64,000 nt of DNA from Octopus sinensis (GCF_006345805.1 NC_043026.1:3162001-3226000), one strand, 5' to 3'. Positions 12,851 to 25,113 are shown, numbered from the stretch's first letter. The notes: a model not told the origin generated them from the letters alone. Translations and numbers: made by a program.

Positions 12851-13202
12851 CTCCAGCCTGAGACCACCAGATCATGGGATTTCAACTATCCCTGGTCTCA
12901 TCAGTGATGGACTCTCAACTGCTAGAAATAGCAGCGATTCACCTCCCCACCAGCGATAAATAGAGAAACAGTGGCAAAACAAGCGCTAGTGTCGTGATTC
13001 CCCAGTGAGCTTGTTGTCCAAAAGTATTAATCCTGGGAGATAATATTTCTACAACTGCTTGGCTTCGCTAACAGAGAGATAAGCCCCCACCATCTCCAGT
13101 GACCAGCAGATTGAAAGGTCAAACACACATGATCTGCTGGTTTAAGTGGCAATAAATATTACCTCTCTCTATTGAATCTGCCTGGGTCACTAATATTTAC
13201 TC

Positions 13203-13564
13203 TACTCTTGACTGCAGCCATGCTGGAGCACCGCCTTTAGTCGAGCAAATCGACCCCAGGACTTATTCTTTGTAAGGCCAGTACTTATTCTATCGGTCGC
13301 TTTTGCCGAACTGCTAAGTGACGGGGACGTAAACACACCAGCATTGGTTGTCAAGCAATGCTAGGGGGACAAACACAAACACATACATACATATATATAT
13401 ACATATATACGACAGGCTTCTTTCAGTTTCCGTCTACCAAATCCACTCACAAGGCATTGGTCGGCCCGGGGCTATAGCAGAAGACATTTGCCCAAGATGC
13501 CACGCAGTGGGACTGAACCCAGAACCATGTGGTTGGTTAGCAAGCTACTCACCACACAGCCACT
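13203..13564 (-). mobile_element. tRNA-derived SINE, family A
   Basis: Matches the other copies in the window (head GGCGCAGGAGTGGCTGTGTGGTAAG...GGTTCAGTCCC, internal TA/TG linker, tail GCAGTCAAATGACTGAAAC). Confidence 0.9.
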
Positions 13565-13923
13565 ATAAATAGATATATATTTTGTTCAACATATACACAC
13601 ACATATGTAACAGTAGGTTGTGATTTGGCTACTGTTTCTAACAACTCCAGAATGTCATTTAAAAAGACTTGACTATTTGTAGCCGGTCAAGCTAACTACC
13701 AACACAACCACCAACACCATCACCACAACAGCCACCACCACCACCACCACCACCACCACCACCACTAATGATGATAGCAATTGGTATGTGGTAATTTAAT
13801 CTGCTAGAAATAACAGCAAAGGAATTTTGTAAACTAACTCTCTGCATTAAGCTGATGTTTAGAATATAAAATAAACATGGAATTTTGATGAAAGGTTTCA
13901 ATTTAGGTCACTTTAAGATATGG

Positions 13924-14007
13924 AAGTTGTATGATTGGACCAAGGACAGTAAAGTTGTATGATTGGACCAAGGACAGTAAAGTTGTATCATTGGACCAAG
14001 GACAGTA
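13924..14007. repeat. 28-bp tandem repeat x3
   Basis: AAGTTGTATGATTGGACCAAGGACAGTA repeated three times. Confidence 0.9.
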
Positions 14008-14084
14008 AGTCTCAAACAAAACTGAAACTGATATTAACTCTTTTGATACAAAAGAGTTAGTATCAGTTTCATATTTTGGTACAA

Positions 14085-14290
14085 GGCCAGCAATTTTGAG
14101 AGAGGGGGCTTGTTGATTATATTGACTCCAGTGCTCAACTAGTACTTATTTGATCGCCCCCCCCCCCCCCCCCCGAAAGGACAAAAGCCAAAGTTGACTT
14201 TGGCAGAATTTGAACTCAGAACATAAAGTTGGATGAAAGACTTCTGAACATTTTGCCTGGCATGCTAATGATCCTGCCTGCTCGTTACCT
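14085..14290 (-). mobile_element. SINE family B, degenerate
   Basis: Reverse complement of the GAGTTCAAATTC...GACTTTGCCTTT...AAGTAC core. Confidence 0.7.
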
Positions 14291-14470
14291 TCAAAATATA
14301 AATTAGTAAATAAAAGAGTTCAATATTAAAGGGACTTTTGTATCGCCCTGTATAAATAGGAGAGCTATGGAGAACCTTTTTTTGAGAAGTGGGCCACATG
14401 AGACATGGCTTATCATCAGGTTGGCTACATTCAAGGTAATTTTTTCATTAGGCATGCCATTCACAAAATC

Positions 14471-14557
14471 CTACAAGCAACATGTGGCCTACAGGCAACA
14501 TGTGGCCTACAGGCAACATGTGGTCTACAGGCAACATGTGGCCTACAGGCAACATGC
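14471..14557. repeat. 18-bp tandem repeat x~5
   Basis: CTACAGGCAACATGTGGC units; explains ORFs 14367 and 14405. Confidence 0.9.
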
Positions 14558-15280
14558 AGCCCATGGGCTGCAGTTTGCTCATCGTTGATCTTGGATTATA
14601 TTATAGAATATCTAATGACTTAAGGTCCATCCTTTTTACATGAGATTTCAAGGAGAATTGGCTGCTGTTTCTAGCAATTTAAAAAGAAAGTAAAAAACAG
14701 GAAGGACAGAACATGTTGGCTAATTTACTCCTGTCTGTTGTTATGTCTGATGTAATATGATATGGTCATGGTAGGAAGTCTTATTGATTACATGTCTGCT
14801 TACTTGGTTGACCTGGAACTAAACACCACCCCTGGTAGGTATCACTGTGATCACTCAGCCAGCTAGACATAACAGCTAAATCTCCTTCAAATCATACTTA
14901 ACCATCTTTGGAGAAAAGAAAAAAAGATACATCCATAATCAACATTAACTTATAGGGACCCCTAATGGTTATATGGACCCCGGTTGAGAACCCCTGGCCT
15001 TGACGCTGCAGGCTTCTCTTCCCAGCTTGAGCCAGCAAGGCCGGACGGAATGACGATTTTCTCATTCCATATTGGTTGGCCCTTCGTCTGAGATGCCATG
15101 TGCTGTGACACCACCACCTCCAACAGCATCTTGGTGTGTTCAGCACCTCAACCTCAAGCACATTAAGACTAACACTTTGGAAAGTGAAGAATAAAATCAT
15201 TGCCAGAGTCCATCATCCAGTGGCACCCACAGCAGTTTATTGGTTGAGGGGACAGCATCCCTCTCTAGGCACCTCTTACC

Positions 15281-15985
15281 TCATCATCATTTAACATCTG
15301 TTTTCCATGCTGGCATGGGTTGGATGGTTTGACTGGAGCTGGTAAGCTAGAGAGCTACACCAGGCTCCAGTTGTCTGATTTGGCATGGTTTCTACAGCTG
15401 GATACCCTTCCTAAAGCCACCCACTCCAAGAGTGTAGTGGATGCTTTTCAACCTTTTTGCTGGAGCCGAACCCCAAGGAAACATTCCACTGGCTCGAGGA
15501 ACCCCAGTGCAATAATTTAATAGTCTTAAGCACACATATCTGCACAGGAGAATTAAAAATTACTGCCGATTTTAGCAGTTTTGTAACTTCTTGCGGAACC
15601 CCTGGACTGTACTGGCGGAACCCTAAGGTTCCACGGAACCCTGGTTGAAAACCACTGGTGTAGTGGATGCTTTTTACGTACCCCCAGCATCAACCCCAAC
15701 TATGACCTCACTTGCCTTGACAGCTTTTCTGAAGCATGGTATATCGCCAAAGGTCTCAGTCCTTTGTCACTGCCTCTGTGAGTCCTAAATTTCGAAAGGT
15801 GCTTTTTACATGCCACTGGCACGGATGCCACTTACACGACCCTGGCATCAGCCACAACTATGATTTCACTTGGCTTGAGGGGTCTTCTCAAGCAGGACAT
15901 ATCACCCAACATTCAAAGGGTGCTTTTTATGTGGCATAGGTGCAAGTTACACAACACTAGCATCAGCCATGACTACGATTTCGTT
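15281..15985 (-). mobile_element. RTE LINE 3' end/UTR fragment interrupted by a hAT MITE
   Basis: (CAT)n tail at 15281; 15700-15900 resembles the ORF2 end of the RTE copy at 51700-51800. Confidence 0.8.
15440..15657 (+). mobile_element. hAT-type MITE, copy 1
   Basis: Same internal sequence as 30956-31169; right TIR GTTGAAAACCACTG; GTGTAGTG on both flanks (15432-15439 and 15658-15665). Confidence 0.85.
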
Positions 15986-16139
15986 TCAGTTTGCAATGTC
16001 TAACAATTGTACAAGAAATAGAATGGACAGTGGAGCGAGTGCAGCGGACCCTGACTGTGAAACCGTCCTCTGCTGTTTGTGATTGCATGTCAGAGGTGCA
16101 ATATGGTCTTTAACTATGTGGACACATAGTACCTACTTC

Positions 16140-16363
16140 TTTACTACCCACAAGGGGCTAAACACAGAGAGGACAAACAAGGACAGACAAACGGATTAAG
16201 TCGATTACATTAACCCCAGTGCATAACTGGTACTTAATTTATTGACCCCGAAAGGATGAAAGGCAAAGTCGACCTCGGTGGAATTTGAACTCAGAACATA
16301 GTGGCAGACGAAGTACTGCTAAGCATTTCGCCCAGCGTGCTAACGTTTCTGCCAGCTCACCGC
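16140..16363 (-). mobile_element. SINE family B (tRNA head plus MetaSINE-like central domain)
   Basis: Reverse complement of GGCGGCGAGCTGGCAGAAACGTTAGC...GAGGTCGACTTTGCCTTTCATCCTTTCGGGGTCGA...AAGTACC; superfamily assignment is from recalled similarity of the central domain. Confidence 0.85.
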
Positions 16364-16712
16364 CGTCTTTGTACCATTGGGATGTTGGATCTGTGGTTGA
16401 CTGCTTCTATGCTACAGGCTGACTGGAGAACTACACACACACATACTACTACTACTACTACAACCACATCAGCACCACCATCATCAGAATTGAACTCAGA
16501 ACATAATGGCAGATGTAATGCCACTGCATTTTGTCTAGCATGTTAATGATTCGGCAAACCTGCTGCCTTATATATAAAAATGATAACAATAATAATAATT
16601 GTTCTTCTTTCTCTCACATGACTCTTTCCTACTCATCTCACCCCTTTCTCATAAATCTGTCTAAATGGTTGTGTGTGTCTGTGTGTTTATGTCCATAAAT
16701 GTATGTCTTAGA

Positions 16713-17130
16713 ACGGTGATGAGCTGGGAGAATCGTTAGCATGCTGGGTGAAATGCTTAGCAGTATTTCATCTGCCGCTACGTTCTGAGTTCAAATTCCG
16801 CCGAGGTCGACTTTGCCTTTCATCCTTTCAGGGTCGATTAAATAAATACCAGTTATGCACTGGGGTCGATATAATCGACGTAATCCATTTGTCTGTCCTT
16901 GTTTGTCCTTTCTGTGTTTAGCCCCGAGTGGGTAGTAAAGAAATAGGTATTTCGTCTGCCATTACATTCCAAGTTCAAATTCCATCGAGGTCAACTTTGC
17001 CTTTCATCCTTATGGGGTCGATTAAATGAGTACCAGTCATGCAGTGGGGTCACTGTAATTAATCCCTTTGTCTTTGTTTGTCCCCTCTATGTTTAGCCCC
17101 CCCCCCATCCCCATTGGCAATAAAGAAATA
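16713..17130 (+). mobile_element. SINE family B, internally duplicated (dimer)
   Basis: One head followed by two copies of the GTATTTC...GGGTAGTAAAGAAATA body. Confidence 0.85.
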
Positions 17131-17280
17131 ATAATAATAATTCTTTCTTCTATAGGCACAAGGCCAGAAATTTGGGGGAGGGGAAGTTGATCACCTTCAA
17201 CCCCAGTACATAACCGGTACTTATTTTATCGACCCTGAAAGGATGAAAGGTAAAGTCAGCCTTAGCGGAATTTGAACACT

Positions 17281-17692
17281 AGGCGCAGGAGTGGCTGTGT
17301 GGTAAGTAGCTTGCTAACCAACCACATGGTTCCGGGTTCAGTCCCGCTGCTTGGCATCTTGGGCAAGTGTCTTCTGCTATAGCTCCAGGCCGACCAATGC
17401 CTTGTGAGTGGATTTGGTAGATGGAAACTGAAAGAAACCCGTCATATATATGTATATATATCTATATGTATGTGTGTATGTGTTTGTGTGTCTGTGTTTG
17501 TCCCCCTAGCATTGCTTGACAACCGATGCTGGTGCGTTTATGTCCCCGTCACTTAGCGGTTCGGCAAAAGAGACCGATAGAATAAGTACTGGGCTTACAA
17601 AGAATAAGTCCCGGGGTCGATTTGCTCGACTAAAGGTGGTGCTCCAGCATGGCCGCAGTCAAAATGACTGAAACAAATAAAAGAATAAAAGA
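17281..17692 (+). mobile_element. SINE family A, full length
   Basis: Complete head, linker and tail. Confidence 0.92.
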
Positions 17693-17962
17693 AAAAAAAA
17701 ACTTACCTTAAAGATTGATGAAATGTTGCTAAGCATGTTTTTGTCTGGCTTGCTAAATGATTTCAGATTTTGGCACAAGGCCAGCAACTTCGGAGGTGGG
17801 GGCGGGGGTAAATTGATTACATAGATCCCAGTATTTTGCTGGTACTTATTCTATCAAGCCCGGAAAGATGAAAGGCAAAGTCATCCTCGGCGGAATTTGA
17901 ACTCAGAACATTGTGATAATTGAAATACCACCTTAATCATTTTGCCAGCTCACCACCTTAAT

Positions 17963-18110
17963 CATCATCATCATCATTTTACGTCCGCTTTCCATGCTGG
18001 CATGGGTTGGACGATTTGACTGAGGTTTGGCGAACCAGACTCCAATCTGGTCTGGCAGAGTTTCTACAGCTGGATGCCCTTCCTAACGCCAACCACTCCG
18101 AGAGTGTAGT
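17963..18110 (-). mobile_element. RTE 3'UTR short copy with (GAT)n tail
   Basis: CATCATCAT-TTTACGTCCGCTTTCCATGCTGGCATGGGTTGG...GGATGCCCTTCCTAACGCC. Confidence 0.85.
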
Positions 18111-18369
18111 AAAATAATAATAACAATCTTTTACACCATAGGCACAAGGCCTGAAATTTGAGAGTAGGGGCCTAGTTGATTACTTCAACCCCAGTGTTTC
18201 ACTGGTACTTAATTTATCGACCCCAAAAAGATGAAATTTTGATCTCAGAACATAGCAATAAATGAAATGCCAGTCAGTATTTTGCCCACTGTGCTCATAA
18301 TTCTGCCAGCTCACCACATAGCAACAACAACAACAACAACAATAATAATAATAATAATAATAATAATCT

Positions 18370-18905
18370 CATGGCTTCTGATCTTAACTGATTGGAAGTG
18401 TTATCATGTACATTTTTTTTGTCTTCGTATAAAAGATGGGCTACAGCAAATATTCTGCTCAATACCACAGATTTGCTTGTCAGTTGTTTGACCTTAACCA
18501 GTTGAGCATGTCCCTTAGTGGCTGACGATATGTCCATCTCTGATCACGAGCAGAAGTAGTGGGGGAGCATCAAAACCATGTGTTGAGAGGGATTCTTGGA
18601 GGTTTGGATAATTCACCTTTGGAAACATGGGTGTTTCGTTCAACATCCTTAAACAACCCTTATTCAGGGACCTTTTGAGTGAGATGGATTACTTGACCTG
18701 AAGAAAATTCTAACTGGGCCTCACCTGCAAGGTCATGCGCTGTTTATCTTGATATGAGATCACCATGTCGCACACATATGGTTGTGATGCATGTGCCTAG
18801 TGTACCCTTTTCAGACGGGTAGTCATGATGGGTATTTTGGGCTTCGTATATTTGTACCCCAGTGTCACTTTGATGGCATGCTCTGCTCTCTCACTGATAG
18901 AACTG
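18370..18905 (+). repeat. Unclassified interspersed repeat (family D)
   Basis: Reverse-complement copy at about 34520-34965 and a partial copy at about 40140-40310. Confidence 0.8.
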
Positions 18906-19305
18906 TTGGTTGGTTGGTTGATTTCCCCAGTCATGCTTCACATCATGTAGAGAGAGTAAAAGAGAGTCGGTTAACATAAGAGGAACATCTTATAACTTTC
19001 TGATAAATACGTATTGTTACATCAAGTTTTACAGAGATAGGTTTTCAATGGAGTAGATTGCAATTAAGTTGATAAATTTGGGGGAAATAATAACATGTTT
19101 ACTGCAAATGTACAAATGAAAAATTTGTTTTAATTTTGTTGAAGGTAACGAATATTTTTTTTTTTCTTTTGAAAATTGGTTTTCCTTTCATTTTATAGAA
19201 AGTACCAAGAAATTTGATAAGTGAAATTATATACATATCACTCAATCTCTCCCTCTTTCTCTCTCCCTCTCTCACAGACAACATGAAAACATGTATATAT
19301 ATATA

Positions 19306-19363
<58 letters not shown>

Positions 19364-19389
19364 TATATATGTATATATACACATACATA

Positions 19390-19587
19390 TATATATCCAT
19401 ACACACACACATAAGTATGCATATGTTTCTCTCCGTGTTTCTTTTCTGTGTATCTTTCTGTCGAAGAGCATAGGCTCGAAACGTAAAAGACTTTTTCTAT
19501 TTCTATTCCTGAGTGCCATACTAATACAATTGTTTGTTTGTATTCCACCTGCCTTCGTCTTTTGTTTATTTTCATAAAGCTTCCCAT

Positions 19588-19590
<3 letters not shown>
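19390..19590 (+). mobile_element. Short cassette with a variant hammerhead motif, between microsatellites
   Basis: TCTTT-CTGTCGA-A-GAGC[ATAG]GCTC-GAAA-CG-TA^AAAGA at 19453-19490; (TA)n/(CA)n on both sides. Confidence 0.7.
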
Positions 19591-19659
<69 letters not shown>

Positions 19660-20550
19660 CACATGTATACACACACACACACACTGTATATTCTGTACTT
19701 TGACTTTTCAGTCTGTCATTTTACTATTGTTCACCTCCCTCTCACCTCTACTTTCACAAGACTCTTTTCCACCCCTTTCCCATCTCACCCCTTTCCCATC
19801 TATAAATTTGTCTAAATAGTGTGTGTTTGTGTGTGTGTATGTCTGCACTTTTATGTTTTAGAATCTGTGTATTTGACAGTATGAATGTGTGTGTGAGTGT
19901 GTATTAGTATGTTTATAGGTGTGCACATGCTTATGTGTGTGTGCAGGGAGGGGAGATGTTGTATAGCCCCGGGCCAGTCCTTTTCAAGCAGAGTTATGAT
20001 CAAGCTGGGTTCATGGAATACAGGGCCACATTGTGTGATTTCAAAGAGATTTGTTTGCTATTTCTAGTAAACTAGCAGCATAGACACTCCCTTGCTGACT
20101 TGTGTGTGTGTGTGGCATTAGTATGTGTGTGATCATGTGTCTGTGTGTATGTGGATGAGGGGCTGTGATCGTCATGTCTGTACTTTCGTGTTTTATGCCC
20201 ATAGGCACAGGTATGGCTGTGAGGTGAAGACGTTTGCTTGGCAGTCACCTGGAGGAAATGCAATTTAAATGAACAAATCAATAAATCAAAATTGCTGAAT
20301 GATAGTTTCCAATAGGCCAATCACTGGTTTCTATCTATATATCTGTCTGTCTCTTTATTGGCCACACAAGGCTGAACACAGAACGGCCAAAAGTAGAGCT
20401 TTTCTTTTTAGGAGGAAGAAGAGAAGAAAAAAAAAGAAAGAAAAAAGGGGGTTGAATCCCTTTTGATAGGAATTCTACCCACTTTGTCTTTTGTCCTTTC
20501 TGCGTTCAGCCGTATGTGGCCAATGAAGAAACATATCCATCCATCCATCC

Positions 20551-21060
20551 ATCATCATCATCATCATCATTGTTCGACCGTGGTTGAGACAATGGAATTT
20601 ACCATGCTACGCCAGACTTCACGGTCCATCATAGCATTACGGAGGTCCTGTTGCTGGATGCCTGTATCCCTGGAGATTACATCAGGGTAGGAGAGTGTGC
20701 GCCCTCTGGTATTGCGAGTAGATGGCTTCCAGAGGAGAAGAGTAGAAATTACCTCTTTTTCAGCTCTACAACAATGTCCAGCAAACTGGACTCTCCTACC
20801 TTTCACAAGAGATGACACAGGTGGTAGTTTCCCATATATTTGCATTTTGGTTGGATGGCGCTTCCACGAGAGATTTTGAGCTCTCATAAGGAGGCGAGTG
20901 TAGGTTCCATCCAACCGCCTCTCAAGCTTCTTTGATAACGTCCAGGTTTCTGAGCCATAGAGTAGAATTGGTTCGACTGTGGCTTTGAAGATTTCAAGTT
21001 TGAAGTCTCTACTTAGATTTGATGACCAGATCTTATGCATGTCATTACAGGCTGACCATA
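20551..21060 (-). mobile_element. RTE-clade LINE, 5'-truncated ORF2 C-terminus with (GAT)n tail
   Basis: Stop-free ...FKATVEPILLYGSETWTL...FAGHCCR...DREVWRSMV; ILLYGSETW is typical of the post-RT region of RTE elements. Confidence 0.92.
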
Positions 21061-21092
21061 TGTATGTATACATACATACATACATACATACA

Positions 21093-21200
21093 TACACTGT
21101 AATGCCTCAATATACGAGTTAATTTGTTCCCAGAGACCACTCGTAAAGCAAAGGCTCATAAAAGCAGAGCAATAATTTCTCATAGTAGCAATGAAATTTT
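21093..21200 (+). mobile_element. Possible Tigger/pogo-like terminal fragment
   Basis: TA-CACTGTAATGCCTCAATATACGAGTTAATTTGTTCC resembles Tigger-type termini; no partner TIR found. Confidence 0.4.
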
Positions 21201-21677
21201 ATGATACTTTTGGGGTATCTTCTTCTTCCATTATAAATTATTCTGTTGATTCAAGAAGCTGGAACTACAAAGAATGAAGTTCTCAGGTGGAGTAAATTCA
21301 ACAACCGTTTATTCACAGGTGCTTCGTACAAGGGATTTGCTTTCAGTAACCATCTTCACAGCAGTGCGTAGTTAGCCTTCTCTCCCATACACGGGGGGTT
21401 CAATAGCCTCTGGAGACAATGCTGTGGTATCACAATGGGACAAAGTCTGCTGTGAGCTCCTGGCTTCAAAGTCTTGCTTGGCGTCAGTGTGAGAAGAATG
21501 AGAGGGAAAATGTTGTGTTTTCCTTAAATAATGGTTGCAGGCGAGATCTCGCTGTTTCAAAATGGTGCTGGCTTCTTTGTGCTTCCCTACACTGTCATTT
21601 AATCTGTCACTGCGTAGATGTCTCAGAGCCAGTGTTGCCACATGTTGCCACATTGTCACACACACACACAAAATGGC

Positions 21678-22089
21678 TCTCTTTTATCTCTTTTACTTGT
21701 TTCAGTCATTTGACTGCGGCCATGCTGGAGCACTGCCTTTAGTCGAGCAAATCGACCCCGGGACTTATTCTTTGTAAGCCCAGTACTTATTCTATCGGTC
21801 TCTTTTGCCGAACCGCTAAGTGACGGGGACGTAAACACACCAGCATCGGTTGTCAAGCAATGCTAGGGGGACAAACACAGACACACAAACACACACACAT
21901 ACATATATATACATGCACATATATACAACAGGCTTCTTTCAGTTTCCGTCTACCAAATCCACTCACAAGGCATTGGTCGGCCCGGGGCTATAGCAGAAGA
22001 CACTTGCCCAAGATACCACGCAGTGGGACTGAACCCAGAACCATGTGGTTAGTAAGCAAGCTACTTACCACACAGCCACTCCTGCGCCT
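21678..22089 (-). mobile_element. SINE family A, full length
   Basis: Complete copy. Confidence 0.92.
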
Positions 22090-22164
22090 ATTTAACCTTT
22101 TTATGTTAATTATAAAATAAAACTCGTAAACCCAGGTCTCATAAAGTGAAGTATTATTGTTTAT

Positions 22165-22413
22165 GCCAGTGGCATGCAAAAAGCACCAACCAACTGTGGC
22201 TAATGCCAGCCTCCCCTGGCACATAAAAAGCACCCACTACACTCACAGAGTGGTTGGCATTAGGAAGGGCATCCAGCTGTAGAAACACTGCCAGATCAGA
22301 CTGGAGCCTGGTGCTGCTTCCTGGCTTCCCAGACCCTGGTCGAACCATACAACTCATGCTAGCATGGAAAACGGACATTAAACGATGATGATGATGATGA
22401 TGATGATGATGAT
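22165..22413 (+). mobile_element. RTE 3'UTR short copy with (GAT)n tail
   Basis: GGCACATAAAAAGCACCCACTACACTC...GCATGGAAAACGGACATTAAACGATGATGATG. Confidence 0.85.
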
Positions 22414-22760
22414 ACAGCATTTCTGATGAGAAGGGAATATTTAACTTAATATATGACTATCTTAAAGTATTCCTTTGATAAAATACTTCTTATTTTTTTA
22501 CTGATTTTCTCGGTTAATGTGTTGTGGCAAAAGATACAAACATTTGCATATGCTCACCCACCCACCATCTTATAAATTCCACTCACAAAGTATTGGTCTA
22601 CAACACTGCTGTGTAATGGGATTGAAATCACAATCACATGGTTATGAAGTACACATCTCACACATACAGTCAGGCTTAATATATATATGTGTGTGTGTGT
22701 GTTTGCGCAGATGATGAATATTGGGAAGTTGGAAAATTCTTCTATTTATCATTGCTAAAG

Positions 22761-23909
22761 CTCACCTGCATAGCCTCCTTCTTTCACCTGCACAGCCTCC
22801 TTCTTTCACCTGCACGGCCTCCTTCTTTCACCTGCATGGCCTCCCTCTCTCACCTGCATGGCCTCCTTCTTTCACCTGCACAGCCTCCTTCTTTCACCTG
22901 CACAGCCTCCTTCTTTCACCTGCACAGCCTCCTTCTTTCACCTGCACAGCCTCCTTCTTTCACCTGCACAGCCTCCTGCTTTCACCTGCACGGCCTCCTT
23001 CTTTCACCTGCACGGCCTCCTTCTTTCACCTGCATGGCCTCCCTCTCTCACCTGCATGGCCTCCTTCTTTCACCTGCACAGCCTCCTTCTTTCACCTGCA
23101 CGGCCTCCTTCTTTCACCTGCACGGCCTCCTTCTTTCACCTGCACGGCCTCCTTCTTTCACCTGCACGGCCTCCTTCTTTCACCTGCACGGCCTCCCTCT
23201 TTCACCTGCACAGCCTCCTTCTTTCACCTGCACAGCCTCCTTCTTTCACCTGCACGGCCTCCTTCTTTCACCTGCACAGCCTCCTTCTTTCACCTGCACA
23301 GCCTCCTTCTTTCACCTGCACGGCCTCCTTCTTTCACCTGCACAGCCTCCTTCTTTCACCTGCACAGCCTCCTTCTTTCACCTGCACGGCCTCCTTCTTT
23401 CACCTGCACGGCCTCCTTCTTTCACCTGCACAGCCTCCTTCTTTCACCTGCACAGCCTCCTTCTTTCACCTGCACGGCCTCCTTCTTTCACCTGCACAGC
23501 CTCCTTCTTTCACCTGCACGGCCTCCTTCTTTCACCTGCATGGCCTCCCTCTCTCACCTGCATGGCCTCCTTCTTTCACCTGTATGGCCTCCTTCTTTCA
23601 CCTGTATGGCCTCCTTCTTTCACCTATATGGCCTCCTTCTTTCACCTGCACAGCCTCCTTCTTTCACCTGCATGGCCTCCCTCTCTCACCTGCATGGCCT
23701 CCTTCTTTCACCTGCATGGCCTCCCTCTCTCACCTGCACGGCCTCCTTCTTTCACCTGTATGGCCTCCTTCTTTCACCTGTATGGCCTCCTTCTTTCACC
23801 TGTATGGCCTCCTTCTTTCACCTGCACAGCCTCCTTCTTTCACCTGCATGGCCTCCCTCTCTCACCTGCATGGCCTCCTTCTTTCACCTGCACGGCGTCC
23901 CTCTCTCAC
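22761..23909. repeat. 22-bp minisatellite, about 52 copies
   Basis: CTCCTTCTTTCACCTGCA(C/T)(A/G)GC; stop-free on + in all frames, which explains the three 357-409 aa ORFs. Confidence 0.97.
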
Positions 23910-24300
23910 TTTATCTGACGAGTATGTCTAGTGACCATTAGTTCAATAGTTTAAGCCTTCAACAGTGGACATCATCAATGGATGTTTCATTAGAGAAAAG
24001 CAGGCTTCATCACTTGATGTTTCAACTCTTTTATGTGGATGCAGCCACCTTCAGATACCCGAGGGTCTGCTTCATTGAAATATGCCTAAATGTAATTAAC
24101 ACTTATCAATAGAAGAAATCAAGTCACAAATGCAAAATTGATGGTGATGAAGTTTTTTCTGACTCTCTGTCATCAGATGAGTTTGATGATGATGATGACA
24201 ATGTTTTGGATTGCTAAGAAGAAAGTGATGCTTCAATTAGTTCTGGATAGAAAAGTGCAATGGTTTTTGTTTTTTTTTCTCAATTTGTACATTTGTTATA

Positions 24301-24695
24301 GGCGTAGGAGTGGCTGTGTGGTAAGTAGCTTTCTTACCAACCACATGGTTCTGGGTTCAGTCCCACTGCATGGCACCATCGGCAAGTGTCTTCTACTATA
24401 GCCCCGGGCCGACCAAAGCCTTGTGAGTGGATTTGGTAGACGGAAACTGAAAGAAGCCCGTCATATATATGTTTGTGTGTGTGTATGTTTGTGTCTGTGT
24501 TTGTCCCCCCAAGATCGCTTGACAACCGATGCTGGTATGTTTACGTCCCCGTAACTTAGCGGTTCAGCTTATGAGACTGATAGAATAACTACTAGGCTTA
24601 CAAAGAATAAGTCCTGGGGTCGATTTGCTTGACTAAAGGTGGTGCTGCAGCATGGCCGCAGTCAAATGACTGAAACAAGTAAAAGAATATAAGAA
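24301..24695 (+). mobile_element. SINE family A, full length
   Basis: Complete copy. Confidence 0.92.
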
Positions 24696-24970
24696 AGAAA
24701 GAATTATTTGACCTGAACAAGAAAGCCCGAATGAATTCCTCTTCCAATGTGTCTTTTCTTAGTGGCTTCATTTTTATAATCTCTAGAAGAGAGTTATTGT
24801 ATCATTTTAATTATTCTTGTACTTATCTAAAGTGAAAATACTAATCGTTATATTGTTATATTTTGGGATAGTCATCTTTTATTATTTTTTTCTTGACTTG
24901 CCAAATAAACAACACACACACACACACACCATATATCCGTTCTTCACTTGTTTATTACTATTTTATCTTC

Positions 24971-25113
24971 TGTCCATTGTCTGGAAATCTTTCGTCACAC
25001 GTCCACGACCCCTTCAGTGACTCTTCCATCCACACTTCATCCTGTTCTGTCGAATCCATTCTGTCGCTGAAGTGGTTACAGATGTGTGACGGAAGATTCC
25101 CAGAAAATGGACA
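24971..25113. repeat. 143-bp foldback with 30-bp imperfect inverted repeats
   Basis: TGTCCATTGTCTGGAAATCTTTCGTCACAC (24971-25000) versus GTGTGACGGAAGATTCCCAGAAAATGGACA (25084-25113), 27/30 complementary. Confidence 0.85.

Larger units (their letters stand above)
12041..12860 (-). mobile_element. 5'-truncated Penelope-like retroelement: GIY-YIG endonuclease C-terminus plus 3' pLTR
   Basis: Minus-strand in-frame ORFs 12850-12530 and 12514-12299, separated by one TGA, give VCLPYVKGLSEKI...CVYSIPCSCGRLYKGET...LKIRVDEH...DHVW...RKLKEA, the PLE linker and GIY-YIG pattern. The non-coding terminus carries a hammerhead motif. Confidence 0.92.

Noticed and set aside
17281-17360. tRNA genes at SINE heads
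   Set aside because: A/B-box-like heads continue into SINE bodies and show no complete cloverleaf.
22689-23941. Three long ORFs of 357-409 aa
   Set aside because: They result from a 22-bp repeat that lacks stops on +; all three frames are open and encode the same permuted peptide.
24090-24250. Acidic stretch resembling a piggyBac transposase N-terminus (DGDEVFSDSLSSDEFDDDDD)
   Set aside because: Low complexity, contains stops, and no catalytic region or TIR follows.
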